From Oculatellaceae cyanobacterium bins.114 (lineage in GTDB: Bacteria > Cyanobacteriota > Cyanobacteriia > Elainellales > Elainellaceae): a DNA stretch of 64,000 bases. The notes under the pieces were generated by a model, which was not told the DNA's origin, did not search any database, and saw nothing but the letters and a program-made list of their open reading frames with translations. Both the position numbers and the translations under genes were made by a program. Below, piece after piece: positions 29,240-39,911 of this stretch (the stretch's first letter is position 1; the number at the start of each line of letters is the position of its first letter). The stretch covers positions 32,001-96,000 of the forward strand of contig JANRJA010000137.1 of the NCBI GenBank assembly GCA_033764315.1. Direction: 5' to 3'.

Positions 29240-30898
29240 CTACGGACGTTGAACGATAACCTCGCTAACCCGGCGTTTTGATTGCGTGTCAATGCCGATC
29301 AACCGGACATAGTGCCCTTTGTGTTCAGCCATACAGGCTTCGAGTGCAGCAAACACATCTGAATCACGAGTGCTGTTGACTGATGCACAACTGGTCCAAG
29401 AACTGGTTTGAAACCGTCGTGTATCCGCGTGCTCCATGCCAACGCGATAGCCCTGGCTCAACAACTGTCGGACTTGTGTGACCACCTCTGGGCTGAGTCG
29501 AGCATTACCCGCAGGAGCCGCAGAACTTCTTGCCTGAGCACTGGAACCATAGCTGCTAGAGCTAGTTTGAGGAGCACTGGGTTCGCTAATGACCCGTCCT
29601 CCAGGACGTTGAACGATCATTTCTCCCACCCGTCGCTTCGATTTTGTATCAATTCCAAAAACACGCACATACTCACCTGTGTGCTCTGCCATACACCGCT
29701 CTAACGCCGCGATCGCCTCTGATTCGCGGTTAGAAGTGATTGAGGGGCAACTCTGCCAAGAACTAGTTTGAAACCGGCGAGCATCTGCATGTTCTAGTCC
29801 GATGCGATAGCCTTGTGCCAAGAACTGACGGATCTGAGCTGCCACATCTCCATTGGCATGACCTCCACCCAAGTGGCTTGCGGGAGCTGACTTGGCACTG
29901 GCCGATGGGGTGTAAGTAGAAGCAGGCGATCGCCCATTAGACGAATGACCACCGGGTCGTTGCACAATCAGCTCTGACACCCGCCGTTTAGACTGAGTAT
30001 CAATGCCAAATAAACGGACATATTCGCCACTATGTTCTGCAAGACAGGCTTCTAGTGCTGACAGTACTTCAGAATCACGGGTAGAGGCGATCGGGGTACA
30101 ACTTTTCCATGAGCTGGTTTGAAACCGGCGAGCATCTGCGTGTTCAGTACCAATTCGATATCCACCGGCAAGAAGTTGGCGGACCTGCTGAACGACTTCT
30201 GAATCTAAATGAGAGTTTTGCATTTGATTGGTATCCTGGCTATAACGATGGGAACTGGAGTTTTTACTAGCATTGCCCGGTTGATTGGTGGCAGATGGGT
30301 TAGAGACAACCTGCTCAACTGGTTGATAACCCGATCGCAATCCATCTTGAGTTCCAGCTAATTGACTGGCAAACTTCAAGTCAACGGATTGAACCTCTGG
30401 CAAACGATCGGCTTGCTGCTGCGTTGTAATTACGGATCCGGAAGGTACAAATTTTCCAGGCGGAATCTCCACATCCTGAATCAGCACATGCATCATCACA
30501 ATGCTGCCTTTCCCCACCCGTGCATTAAAAATTGTGGAGCGAAAGCCAATAAAACAGTTGTCACCAATGTAAGCCGGACCATGAATCAAAGCCATGTGGG
30601 TGATCGAGACACTCTCCCCAATCCACACGGAATATGGCTTTTGATCATCCCCTAAAACACGACCTTGTTCCAGGCCATGAATTACAGCCCCATCTTGAAT
30701 ACTGCTGCCATCTCCAACATAAAACGGACCCCCCTGATCAGCTTGAATAAAACTCCCAGGGGCAATGGATACGTTCACACCTACATAGACATTCTCAAAT
30801 GCATCCATAAATGATTGCATGTAGGCTGACTCATTTGCTTTCGGCTGCACTAAACTCGTTGACCGGGCAGGTGGAGCAGCCGAGCCACGGACTACCAT
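29240..30898 (-). CDS. ccmM: carboxysome protein CcmM (gamma-CA-like domain plus 3 RbcS-like domains)
   Basis: [19 protein letters not shown]; three repeats of [19 protein letters not shown]. Confidence 0.96.
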   Translation of the reverse strand: MVVRGSAAPPARSTSLVQPKANESAYMQSFMDAFENVYVGVNVSIAPGSFIQADQGGPFYVGDGSSIQDGAVIHGLEQGRVLGDDQKPYSVWIGESVSITHMALIHGPAYIGDNCFIGFRSTIFNARVGKGSIVMMHVLIQDVEIPPGKFVPSGSVITTQQQADRLPEVQSVDLKFASQLAGTQDGLRSGYQPVEQVVSNPSATNQPGNASKNSSSHRYSQDTNQMQNSHLDSEVVQQVRQLLAGGYRIGTEHADARRFQTSSWKSCTPIASTRDSEVLSALEACLAEHSGEYVRLFGIDTQSKRRVSELIVQRPGGHSSNGRSPASTYTPSASAKSAPASHLGGGHANGDVAAQIRQFLAQGYRIGLEHADARRFQTSSWQSCPSITSNRESEAIAALERCMAEHTGEYVRVFGIDTKSKRRVGEMIVQRPGGRVISEPSAPQTSSSSYGSSAQARSSAAPAGNARLSPEVVTQVRQLLSQGYRVGMEHADTRRFQTSSWTSCASVNSTRDSDVFAALEACMAEHKGHYVRLIGIDTQSKRRVSEVIVQRP

Positions 30899-30951
30899 AA
30901 ATTTGTTTCTCCTGGCTGGACATGCGACATGGCAACCCTAAACCATGTCGC

Positions 30952-31254
30952 CTAGCGATCTTGATCCCGTTTTCGATAGAGGAGTTGATTATCGAAACTG
31001 ACAGTGTCGATAATGCCAATGACAAGAGCATCCAGGGGACGATGTTCACCTCCTGGTGTTTGGCGAGCAGCACTACCTCGGCTCACCAACACCCATTCAT
31101 CAATCCCCGCGCCAACTGTATCAGCAGCAACCTCATACTCTGGTAGAGGCTGACCTTCCTCATTAAGCAGTTGTACCAACAGGAACTTCACCCCCCTGAG
31201 GCTCGGTTCCTTTTGAGTACTGACTACTGTGCCGCACACTCTGGCAATTTGCAT
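30952..31254 (-). CDS. ccmL: carboxysome vertex protein CcmL
   Basis: MQIARVCGTVVSTQKEPSL, GAGIDEWVLVSRGSAAR. Confidence 0.97.
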   Translation of the reverse strand: MQIARVCGTVVSTQKEPSLRGVKFLLVQLLNEEGQPLPEYEVAADTVGAGIDEWVLVSRGSAARQTPGGEHRPLDALVIGIIDTVSFDNQLLYRKRDQDR

Positions 31255-31260
31255 CAGATC

Positions 31261-31602
31261 TTAAGAGCGGCTAATCGGGCGAATACCACTAACACTCTCA
31301 CGGAACGCTTCAACCGCTTCGGTATAGCGAATGGGGAGAACATACTCCAGGTTTTCGTGAGGACGAGCAATGATGTGGGTCGAAAGCACTTGTCCACCGT
31401 TAACGCGCTTAACGTTTTCGATGCCTGCTGCGACAGATGCCTGTACCTCAGACACATCGCCACGCACAATAACCGTAACGCGACCGCTACCAATCTTTTC
31501 ATATCCAACGAGGGTAACGCGGGCGGCTTTAACCATCGCGTCTGCTGCTTCTACAACGGCAGGAAAACCCAGTGTTTCTACCATTCCAACTGCAATTGCC
31601 AT
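31261..31602 (-). CDS. ccmK1: carboxysome shell protein CcmK1
   Basis: [23 protein letters not shown] with a C-terminal extension; start at ATG 31602. Confidence 0.93.
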   Translation of the reverse strand: MAIAVGMVETLGFPAVVEAADAMVKAARVTLVGYEKIGSGRVTVIVRGDVSEVQASVAAGIENVKRVNGGQVLSTHIIARPHENLEYVLPIRYTEAVEAFRESVSGIRPISRS

Positions 31603-31720
31603 TTGAATTCTCCCTTCCAAATCGATAATGATTTTGACAACTTTAAAAACCGGCATTGGCTCAGCATTGGCTCAGCCGTTGCCTTTGAAATCGCCACCTC
31701 AACCCGTCATAGGTAGAGGG

Positions 31721-32029
31721 CTATGACCGAAATTGTTCTACAGCTTCCGTATAGCGGATGGGTAAAACAAATTCTAAGTTTTCATGTGGACGAGCAATGA
31801 TGTGAGTGGATAGCACTTCACCCCCATTTACCCGTTTCACATTCTCAATGCCTGCTGCGACAGACGCTTGTACCTCAGACACATCGCCACGCACAATAAC
31901 CGTGACGCGACCACTGCCAATTTTTTCGTATCCCACAAGAGTGACACGGGCAGCTTTAACCATGGCATCCGCTGCCTCAACCACGGCAGGAAAGCCGCGG
32001 GTTTCAATCATTCCAACAGCAATTGGCAT
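31721..32029 (-). CDS. ccmK2: carboxysome shell protein CcmK2
   Basis: [23 protein letters not shown]; 102 aa; first gene of the operon. Confidence 0.95.
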   Translation of the reverse strand: MPIAVGMIETRGFPAVVEAADAMVKAARVTLVGYEKIGSGRVTVIVRGDVSEVQASVAAGIENVKRVNGGEVLSTHIIARPHENLEFVLPIRYTEAVEQFRS

Positions 32030-32782
32030 TTCTCTATCTCCTGCAAGAGATCCTGACTATGCGAAAAACTTTGCCTGAAAATTTCGACGGGAAACGTCAA
32101 TTATTAATCTTCAGAAAAGCACCTTAGAATTCCCAATGTTAAGAATACAGGTGGCGCGATCGCTTTGGCAACATAAACCGGGGTGATTGTTTCTAATAAC
32201 AAGCATAACTCCAAACTATACCTGCAATTCAGATAATTACAGCAATTATCAAATTCGTACTATGAATTCTTCGCTCTATTGCCTCAAGTGAATATCAATT
32301 GACTCAACAATGAGAAGGATACCAGCTAACATCTAGAATTTCCTATACTCCTTCCCTGGCAGTCTTTCTGTCATTAAAATCATGACTTTATAAAGATCAA
32401 TGCCAAGAAGTAAGCAATCGTTAATTAAGCGATCGAAAACTTTAATGTACGTAATTTGAAATGGCATTTCATCTATAAAAACGTTGCTAAAGCATCCCAA
32501 AAAGACTCGCCTTAAGAGCAACGATAATTTTAAATCATACCATCGATAAGTAAGAGTTTTTAACTTCCATTTCCTCTCAACATTAAGTTAATCTCCTCAA
32601 TATTTAGTCAGTTAATTTAGCTAGAGTTACGAAGTTGAAACAAAAGAAATCATTTACTGATGAGGTGACATTATTAATTCCATAAGAAGAGTTAAGATGC
32701 ATTGCGACTTGATACACTGATTAACGACCTGTAAACGATATCCCATCACTGGGCGAGATTTAGGGTCAGGTTAGCGGTAAGA

Positions 32783-32797
32783 TGAGAATCACTCTCA
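32783..32797. promoter_or_regulatory. Fur-box-like 7-1-7 inverted repeat upstream of ndhF4
   Basis: TGAGAAT-C-ACTCTCA, one mismatch from TGAGAATnATTCTCA. Confidence 0.35.
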
Positions 32798-32953
32798 GAT
32801 TTATTAAGGCTATTTAATCTAATCGCTGGATATAGCTAGAGTGGCTATTTGATTGTTTTACTCTGCTGAGGAAGGGTGAAATTTATGTCAATGCTCTTCC
32901 AGTACGCTTGATTTTGGAAAATAATTAAGGAAATCTTTTAGGATAAAGCCACG

Positions 32954-34855
32954 ATGACTCAGTTCCTGCTTCAGTCGAGCTGGTGGGTGCCTGCGTATGG
33001 ATTGGCAGGTGCCATTTTGACCCTACCGTGGTCGACGGGTGTGATTCGCCGCACGGGTCCTAGACCTGCTGCGTATTTCAATCTACTGATGACCTTGGTG
33101 GCATTGGTTCACAGTGTGATGGTCTTATACAGTGTTTGGAATGAACCCACTCAGAAGTTGTTGATTCCCTGGTTTAGCGTCAAAGGTTACCTCAATCTCT
33201 CTTTTGCTTTAGAGCTATCTCGCTTGAGCATGGGGGCTGCGGTCTTGATTACAGGGCTGAGTTTTTTGGCACAGGTCTTTGCTCTGGGCTATTTAGAAAA
33301 AGATTGGGCACTAGCACGGTTTTATGCCCTCATGGGCTTTTTTGAAGCCGCCATGAGTGGTCTGGCGTTGAGTGATTCGCTATTCCTCAGTTATGCCCTT
33401 TTAGAGATGCTAACCCTCTCAACTTATTTGTTAGTGGGTTTTTGGTATGCTCAGCCATTGGTTGTAACTGCTGCACGAGATGCCTTTTTAACAAAGCGGG
33501 TTGGAGACTTGCTTTTATTAATGGGTGTCGTTGTCTTATCAAGTTTGACGGGCAGTCTTAACTTTTCTGATTTGGCCGAGTGGTCAGAGGTGGCGCAGTT
33601 AGCTCCAACGGTGGCTACTCTTTTGGGGTTGGCTTTAATCTCAGGGCCGATTGGTAAATGCGCTCAGTTTCCTCTCAACCTCTGGTTAGATGAGGCGATG
33701 GAAGGCCCTAATCCGGCTTCAATCTTGCGGAACTCGGTGGTTGTGGCTTGTGGAGCTTATATTCTGATCAAGCTGCAACCTGTATTGGCTCTGTCTCCCG
33801 TAGCTCTGACCACGCTGATGGTGTTGGGGACGGTGACAGCCGTAGGAGCCTCTTTGGTGGCGATCGCCCAAGTCGATATCAAGCGTGCTTTATCCCATTC
33901 CACTAGTGCTTATTTAGGTCTCGTCTTTCTGGCGGTTGGCATTCAGCAAGATGAGGTGGCGTTGTTGTTCCTGTTTACCCATGCGATCGGTAAGGCTCTC
34001 TTATTTATGAGCATCGGATCGGTCATTCTCACAACAAGCACTCAAGATTTGACTGAGATGGGGGGATTAGGAGCACGGATGCCTGCTACAACCTCCGCAT
34101 TTGTGGTGGGAGGAGTTGCCACAATTGCACTCTTGCCATTGGGAAGTTTTTGGGCGATGGCGGAATGGGCAGATCGTTTTTCAACGGTGTCTCCCTGGAT
34201 TGTAGGGGTTTTGTTGTTAGTTAATGGGTTAACGGCTTTTAATCTCACTCGCGTCTTTGGCTTGGTCTTTGGGGGTGAGCCACAACCTAAAACGCGTCGT
34301 GCTCCAGAGGTGCCCTGGTTGATGGCGGTACCAATGGTCTCTTTAACGATTGTGGCTTTGTTAACTCCTGTGATGCTGTTTCAGTGGAACCTTCTCCCCA
34401 ATTTTCAGTGGAGCTTTCTCCCAGAGTGGCTACGGTTAAATCAAACCAATTTGTTGTTGTTGATGTTGTCTAGCAGTGTGGGTTTAACAGCAGGAGCATT
34501 GCTCTATCTCAACCCGCGATCGCCCAAACCAGTGCGCTTTGTTTGGAAGTCAGTGCGAGATGTATTGGCCTATGACTTTTGTATTGAGCAACTCTATCGT
34601 CTCAGTGTTGTTTTTGGCGTGGTGCAAGGATCACGTCTGACAGCCTGGTTTGATCGCTATGTTGTGGATGGCATGGTTAATTTAGTTGGGGTCGTCTCTA
34701 TCTTTAGTGGCGAGAGCTTGAAATACACCATTTCGGGTCAATCTCGACATTACTTGTTTACAGTGTTTTTAGGCGTCGTTTTGGCACTTGCTTGGCTCAG
34801 TTGGTCTTATTTCAACCCGGCTGATGCCCCTTATGTTTCTGCCAATCTGTTTTAA
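32954..34855 (+). CDS. ndhF4: NDH-1 subunit F4 (constitutive CO2 uptake)
   Basis: RRTGPRPAAY, KCAQFPLNLWLDEAMEGPNPAS; divergent from ccmK2 and upstream of cupB. Confidence 0.9.
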   Translation: MTQFLLQSSWWVPAYGLAGAILTLPWSTGVIRRTGPRPAAYFNLLMTLVALVHSVMVLYSVWNEPTQKLLIPWFSVKGYLNLSFALELSRLSMGAAVLITGLSFLAQVFALGYLEKDWALARFYALMGFFEAAMSGLALSDSLFLSYALLEMLTLSTYLLVGFWYAQPLVVTAARDAFLTKRVGDLLLLMGVVVLSSLTGSLNFSDLAEWSEVAQLAPTVATLLGLALISGPIGKCAQFPLNLWLDEAMEGPNPASILRNSVVVACGAYILIKLQPVLALSPVALTTLMVLGTVTAVGASLVAIAQVDIKRALSHSTSAYLGLVFLAVGIQQDEVALLFLFTHAIGKALLFMSIGSVILTTSTQDLTEMGGLGARMPATTSAFVVGGVATIALLPLGSFWAMAEWADRFSTVSPWIVGVLLLVNGLTAFNLTRVFGLVFGGEPQPKTRRAPEVPWLMAVPMVSLTIVALLTPVMLFQWNLLPNFQWSFLPEWLRLNQTNLLLLMLSSSVGLTAGALLYLNPRSPKPVRFVWKSVRDVLAYDFCIEQLYRLSVVFGVVQGSRLTAWFDRYVVDGMVNLVGVVSIFSGESLKYTISGQSRHYLFTVFLGVVLALAWLSWSYFNPADAPYVSANLF

Positions 34856-34917
34856 ATCTGGGTTTTATCGGGTCTGTGCTCAATCTGTCAAACATCACTA
34901 GGGAGTAGAGAGTTGCA

Positions 34918-36423
34918 ATGCTAAGCGTCTTAGTCTGGGCACCGCTGTTGGGCGTCGCTCTGATTAGTTTATATCCGCAAACTCTAACTGCTCAACGAGC
35001 ACGCCAAGTTGCGTTAGTTGTGGCGACTGGGGTTTTGCTATGGACTCTCTATTTGCTGACTCAGTTTGATCTGGCCTCATCTCAGTTTCAAATGCAGGAA
35101 TCGCTGCCCTGGATTGAGACCCTTGGACTGACCTATAAGCTTAGTGTTGATGGTTTGTCACTGCCATTAATTGTGATTAACAGCCTTTTGGTTTGGGTGG
35201 CGATTTTTAGCAGTGATACTCATATCAACCGTCCTCGGCTGTACTACAGTTTGATGTTGATTTTGGGGTCAGCCGTAGCGGGTGCTTTTGCTGCCCAAAA
35301 TCTGCTGTTGTTCTTCCTGTTCTACGAATTAGAGTTGATTCCGCTGTATCTGCTGATTGCCATTTGGGGAGGGTCAAAGCGAGGATATGCGGCAACAAAA
35401 TTTCTGATCTATACGGCTGTATCTGGGGTATTGCTACTGGCTGGATTTTTTGGTCTGGCATTATTAAGTGGGTTTTCTAGCTTTGATTTTGAGGTGTTGC
35501 GATCGCACACATTGCCGTTAACCACGCAGGTCATTTTGCTGATCTTGCTAGTCGTTGGGTTTGGCATCAAAATCCCCTTAGTACCCGTCCACACGTGGTT
35601 GCCCGATGCTCACGTTGAAGCCTCGACGCCCACCTCGGTGTTGCTGGCTGGAGTGTTGTTAAAACTAGGAACCTATGGGCTTTTCCGATTTGGGTTGCAG
35701 TTGTTTCCAGAGGCGTGGCATGTATTAGCACCCTGGTTAGCGATCGCGGCTGTTGTGAATGTCCTTTATGGCTCCTTTGTAGCGATCGCCCAAACCGATT
35801 TAAAGAAGATTGTGGCTTATAGCTCAGTGGGGCACATGGGGTTCGTCATTTTGGCAATGGCAGCGGCAACGCCCCTCAGCCTTTTGGGAGCCGTCGCTCA
35901 AATGCTGAGTCATGGCCTTATTTCAGCTTTGTTATTTTTGTTGGTGGGGGTGGTTTACGCCAAAACCGGAACACGAGATGTTAACCTGCTGCGGGGGTTG
36001 CTCAACCCAGAGCGGGGCATGCCGTTGATTGGTGCCTTGATGATTGCTGGTGTGATGGCAAGTGGTGGTATTCCGGGAATGGTGGGCTTTATCTCCGAGT
36101 TTATTGTCTATCGGGGTAGCTTTACGGTATTTCCTGTGGAAACCTTGCTGTGCATCATTGGCACTGGCTTGACAGCCGTCTATTTCTTAAACCTGATTAA
36201 CCGCACTTTCTTTGGTCGCTTGCCGGACACCCTGGCAAACCTGCCCCCTGTTTATTGGCGCGATCGCATTCCCTCTATCATTGTCACTTTGTTAGTCATT
36301 TGTTTTGGCTTACAACCGATGTGGATGACCTCTTGGAGTGAAAGCACCACAACTGCATTGGGCACTGAGATGCTGTTAAGTGCTGCTCAGGTAGCTCAAA
36401 CGGTTGATATTCCGACGCCTTAA
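34918..36423 (+). CDS. ndhD4: NDH-1 subunit D4
   Basis: YELELIP, HTWLPDAHVEAST, GLLNPERG; operon context. Confidence 0.9.
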   Translation: MLSVLVWAPLLGVALISLYPQTLTAQRARQVALVVATGVLLWTLYLLTQFDLASSQFQMQESLPWIETLGLTYKLSVDGLSLPLIVINSLLVWVAIFSSDTHINRPRLYYSLMLILGSAVAGAFAAQNLLLFFLFYELELIPLYLLIAIWGGSKRGYAATKFLIYTAVSGVLLLAGFFGLALLSGFSSFDFEVLRSHTLPLTTQVILLILLVVGFGIKIPLVPVHTWLPDAHVEASTPTSVLLAGVLLKLGTYGLFRFGLQLFPEAWHVLAPWLAIAAVVNVLYGSFVAIAQTDLKKIVAYSSVGHMGFVILAMAAATPLSLLGAVAQMLSHGLISALLFLLVGVVYAKTGTRDVNLLRGLLNPERGMPLIGALMIAGVMASGGIPGMVGFISEFIVYRGSFTVFPVETLLCIIGTGLTAVYFLNLINRTFFGRLPDTLANLPPVYWRDRIPSIIVTLLVICFGLQPMWMTSWSESTTTALGTEMLLSAAQVAQTVDIPTP

Positions 36424-36465
36424 TTCTTGGTTTGCTCTATTGCTGTTCTCTCCTCCAAACTGATT

Positions 36466-37590
36466 ATGGTTAGCCTGATTCAAAAATCATCCCATCCCCT
36501 TGCTAGTGTGGTCGATCGCCTAGAAGCGGGCGGTGCCTTGTTGCCTGAATCACCCGAAAACCTGTTGGAGGTGGTGGGCATTCTCAAGAGCTATGGCGTG
36601 GTGTTAGATGCTTATAGCCGCAACTTGTTGTATATCTCCAAGCATCAGTTTTTAGTGCTGTTTCCGGCTTTTAAATACTTTAATGGCGAGGTGTCGTTAC
36701 AAAAACTGTTGCAACACTGGTGGCACGATCGCATTAACTATGAATTTGCTGAATATTGCATGAAAGCCATGCTGTGGCACGGGGGTGGTGGCTTAGATGC
36801 TTATCTGGATACCCCTGAATTTAGCCAACGGGCTGGGGCAGCGATCGCCGCTAAATTGAGGGGCAATCTGATGATGGGGAGCCTGAATCGACTGTTTCCT
36901 GCATTTTTGCCAGAGCAGGTGCGAGTCTTGGCGTACTACAGCGGTTTAGGGCAGTTTTGGCGAGTCATGAGTGATATGTTTTTGGAACTCTCTGATCGCT
37001 ATGATGCGGGTGAAATTAAGGCGATCGCAGATGTTGTAACTCACATTCAAGATCGGTTGGTCGCAGCGGCTAATCTTCCCATAACCTATGCAGTCACAAT
37101 CAAGGGGCAGACCTACGACATTATTCCTGAATCGGCGGGGCTAACCTTCCTGATGGATACTGCCGTGCCCTATGTAGAAGCCGTTTTCTTCCGTTCGTTT
37201 CCCTTTTTTGGCACGGTGTCTTACAACGCTCAAGCTCAACAGATTTCAACTGATCAAGCTCAATTTAACTACGGTGCGCTCTATGCAGACCCCCTACCTG
37301 TGGGGGGAGCGGGCATTCCCCCGACCTTGTTGATGCAAGATATGCGCCATTATCTACCAGACTATCTCCATCAAATTTATCGCGAGGGATTGCGTGGAGA
37401 AGATGACCTGCGAGTCAAGATCTGTTTGAGTTTCCAGAAATCGATGTTTTGTGTCACTACCGCTGCCATTCGTGGGTTGGCTCCACATCCCATCGGTACG
37501 ACTGACCCTGCTCAGCAACAGGTAAACCGAGCTTACTTAGAGCAGTGGATGGATCGGTTAACCCAGTCTCGGTTGATGACCTTGCAGTAA
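36466..37590 (+). CDS. cupB: CO2 hydration protein CupB (ChpX)
   Basis: EVVGILKSYG, HDRINYEFAEYC, GIPPTLLMQDM; about 374 aa from ATG 36466, the shorter CupB type. Confidence 0.9.
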   Translation: MVSLIQKSSHPLASVVDRLEAGGALLPESPENLLEVVGILKSYGVVLDAYSRNLLYISKHQFLVLFPAFKYFNGEVSLQKLLQHWWHDRINYEFAEYCMKAMLWHGGGGLDAYLDTPEFSQRAGAAIAAKLRGNLMMGSLNRLFPAFLPEQVRVLAYYSGLGQFWRVMSDMFLELSDRYDAGEIKAIADVVTHIQDRLVAAANLPITYAVTIKGQTYDIIPESAGLTFLMDTAVPYVEAVFFRSFPFFGTVSYNAQAQQISTDQAQFNYGALYADPLPVGGAGIPPTLLMQDMRHYLPDYLHQIYREGLRGEDDLRVKICLSFQKSMFCVTTAAIRGLAPHPIGTTDPAQQQVNRAYLEQWMDRLTQSRLMTLQ

Positions 37591-37828
37591 TGGAATTGAA
37601 ATTGTAAAAGCCCAACCCCCGGAATTTTCAAAGTTTTGGGGGTCTTCTGTCTACCGCTGGTCTGCGATTTTGAGCGATCGCCCTCCCCGTGAAAATGAGT
37701 AAAAACGATCGTAATTGTTAAGCAATGTTGCGATACTCTAAGATTCTGTCATCTTTCGTTTCGATTTAAGTGGTCTTGTTATTCTCAATACAATATTCAA
37801 AACAAAACCAATTTTTGGAAACGAAATT

Positions 37829-37939
37829 ATGAAAGCTGCAAATCATCTCGGCCAATCCATTACTCTGGGTGCTGTTCTGGTATTAATGTGTGTAGGTATA
37901 ATTAGCTTGATCGCCATTCAAAGTAGTGCCTTACCCTAA
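37829..37939 (+). CDS. putative 36-aa single-TM small protein
   Basis: MKAANHLGQSITLGAVLVLMCVGIISLIAIQSSALP; TACAAT -10-like box at 37789. Confidence 0.4.
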   Translation: MKAANHLGQSITLGAVLVLMCVGIISLIAIQSSALP

Positions 37940-38182
37940 ATTTTCTGCTGAATTGTTCTAAGAGAAGCTAAACATTTCTGAGAAAAGATTTATCTTTTTT
38001 AAGCAAAATTACAAAAAACGGCAGTGTGTTCTCAGCCTTTGTTACGGCACCGTTGGATCTCTGAGGTTCAGCCTGTCAGACAAAGGCAGTTTTTTTGGGG
38101 GTGAATCTTCTAGCTCACCTCTACATCATAAAATTCGTGCTAGTTTGTTTTCACAACATTAAGTAACTTTAATCATCGTCTG

Positions 38183-38542
38183 ATGTCTGCATATACCTTT
38201 AATCAACCTGTTCCCCAAATCAACGTTGAAGCATTTGCTGCACATCGAGCCGACGTTCAACAGCCGTTGCAATTAATAGATGTGCGCGAGCCAGAAGAGT
38301 TGGCGATCGCCCAGCTAGAGGGGTTTGTAAATCTGCCGTTGAGTCAATTTTCAGACTGGTCAGGGCAAATCAATACCATCCTTGACCCGACCGTGGAGAC
38401 AATTGTTATGTGCCATCATGGAATGCGCTCTGCTCAGATGTGCCAGTGGTTAATCAATCAAGGTTTTACAACCGTCAAAAATTTAGTGGGTGGAATCGAC
38501 GCCTACGCAGATAGGGTTGATTCGGGTGTGCCTCGGTATTAA
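38183..38542 (+). CDS. rhodanese-like domain protein
   Basis: LIDVREPEE, active loop CHHGMRS, NLVGGIDAY. Confidence 0.9.
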   Translation: MSAYTFNQPVPQINVEAFAAHRADVQQPLQLIDVREPEELAIAQLEGFVNLPLSQFSDWSGQINTILDPTVETIVMCHHGMRSAQMCQWLINQGFTTVKNLVGGIDAYADRVDSGVPRY

Positions 38543-38606
38543 GGCATACCTCAGATAAGAGCCAGACTGGTTAGATTAACATCATTGGTGGAATTTCCTG
38601 AAGCTT

Positions 38607-39692
38607 ATGGAACTTAAACTCAACGCTCGCCAACAGCAAGTGCTTGGGGCAACGGTACGTCACTATATCGCAACTGCAAAACCTGTTGGCTCAGAGGCAT
38701 TGGTGGATGGGTTTAACCCTAGAGTGAGTCCTGCCACAATTCGCAATGCGATGAGCTTTTTAGAAAAGATGGGGTTGCTCTATCAGCCCCACACCTCAGC
38801 GGGACGGGTGCCCTCAGATTTTGGCTATCGGGTGTATGTCGATCAATTGGTGACTCCTTCTGAACCCGTTGCCCGACAACTTGATCAAATGTTGAGCGAT
38901 CGCCTCAATTTAGATGATTGGAGTTTTGAGGCAATTTTGCGTGGGGCAGCTCAAATCTTGTCAACGGTGAGTGGCTACATTTCGTTGATTACCATGCCTC
39001 AAACCGTCGTTTTGCATCTGCGACACTTGCAATTGGTGCAGGTGGATGCCGAGCGTGCCATGCTGATTGTGGTCTTAGACTCCTACGAAACCCTGTCTAC
39101 TCTAATGAATTTGCCTCAATGGGATGCAGATGAGCCATTAGACGTGGATCTGTTTGAGCGAGAATTGCAGGTTTTGTCTAACTTCTTAAATACCCATTTG
39201 CGAGGGAAGTCGTTTACTGAGATCAACACGCTTGATTGGAGTGATTTAGGACGAGAATTTGAGCGATATGCTGAGCTGTTACGCTCCTCGATGTCTGAAC
39301 TCAATCGCCGTAGCCAATTGCCGATCTCGACTCAGATTTTGATTAGTGGTGTGGCAGAACTGCTGCGACGCCAACCAGAATTTGCCGAGCTACAACAGGT
39401 GCAGACAATTTTGCAATTGTTAGAGTCTGAGCAAGACCAACTCTGGTCATTGATTTCTGAGTCTAACGACCCAGACCAAGTTGGTAAACGGGTGATGGTG
39501 CGGATTGGGGCCGAGAATCCGCTGGAGCCGATGCGAACTTGTGCCCTGGTATCGGCTACTTATCAACGGGGTAATGTGCCTGTCGGCAGCGTGGGGATGT
39601 TGGGCCCCACTCGTATGATGTATGAAGATGCGATCGCCCTTGTAGAAGCCACAACCGATTACTTATCGGAAGCAATCAGCCAAACACCTTAA
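38607..39692 (+). CDS. hrcA: heat-inducible transcription repressor
   Basis: [34 protein letters not shown]. Confidence 0.96.
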   Translation: MELKLNARQQQVLGATVRHYIATAKPVGSEALVDGFNPRVSPATIRNAMSFLEKMGLLYQPHTSAGRVPSDFGYRVYVDQLVTPSEPVARQLDQMLSDRLNLDDWSFEAILRGAAQILSTVSGYISLITMPQTVVLHLRHLQLVQVDAERAMLIVVLDSYETLSTLMNLPQWDADEPLDVDLFERELQVLSNFLNTHLRGKSFTEINTLDWSDLGREFERYAELLRSSMSELNRRSQLPISTQILISGVAELLRRQPEFAELQQVQTILQLLESEQDQLWSLISESNDPDQVGKRVMVRIGAENPLEPMRTCALVSATYQRGNVPVGSVGMLGPTRMMYEDAIALVEATTDYLSEAISQTP

Positions 39693-39709
39693 AACCAAAA
39701 TTCGCTTAG

Positions 39710-39876
39710 GTTCGGGACAAGGATTTTGGCTGACTTCGGCGTGATCTCAGTCGAACGCTATACGAGCAAAACCCATCTGCGTCAATTCAGTAAACTTTTG
39801 ATTTTGCCAGTCTGCGACGGCAGACTTCGCTCTGGTAGCCGCGAATTGATTCGCTGGGCTGCTTAAACCGCACTGA
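39710..39876. repeat. dispersed repeat family C, copy 2 (MITE-like)
   Basis: GTTCGGGACAAG ... AGCCGCGAATTGATTCGC ... CTTAAACCGCACTGA. Confidence 0.8.
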
Positions 39877-39911
39877 GGTTAATCCTCCTTGAACCTTAAT
39901 ACTCGCCTTGA

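Noticed and set aside
32832..32848. NdhR/CcmR site ATAG-N8-CTAT
   Set aside because: Spacer is 9 nt (ATAG-CTAGAGTGG-CTAT), not 8.
38543..38606. CIRCE element before hrcA
   Set aside because: No TTAGCACTC-N9-GAGTGCTAA visible.
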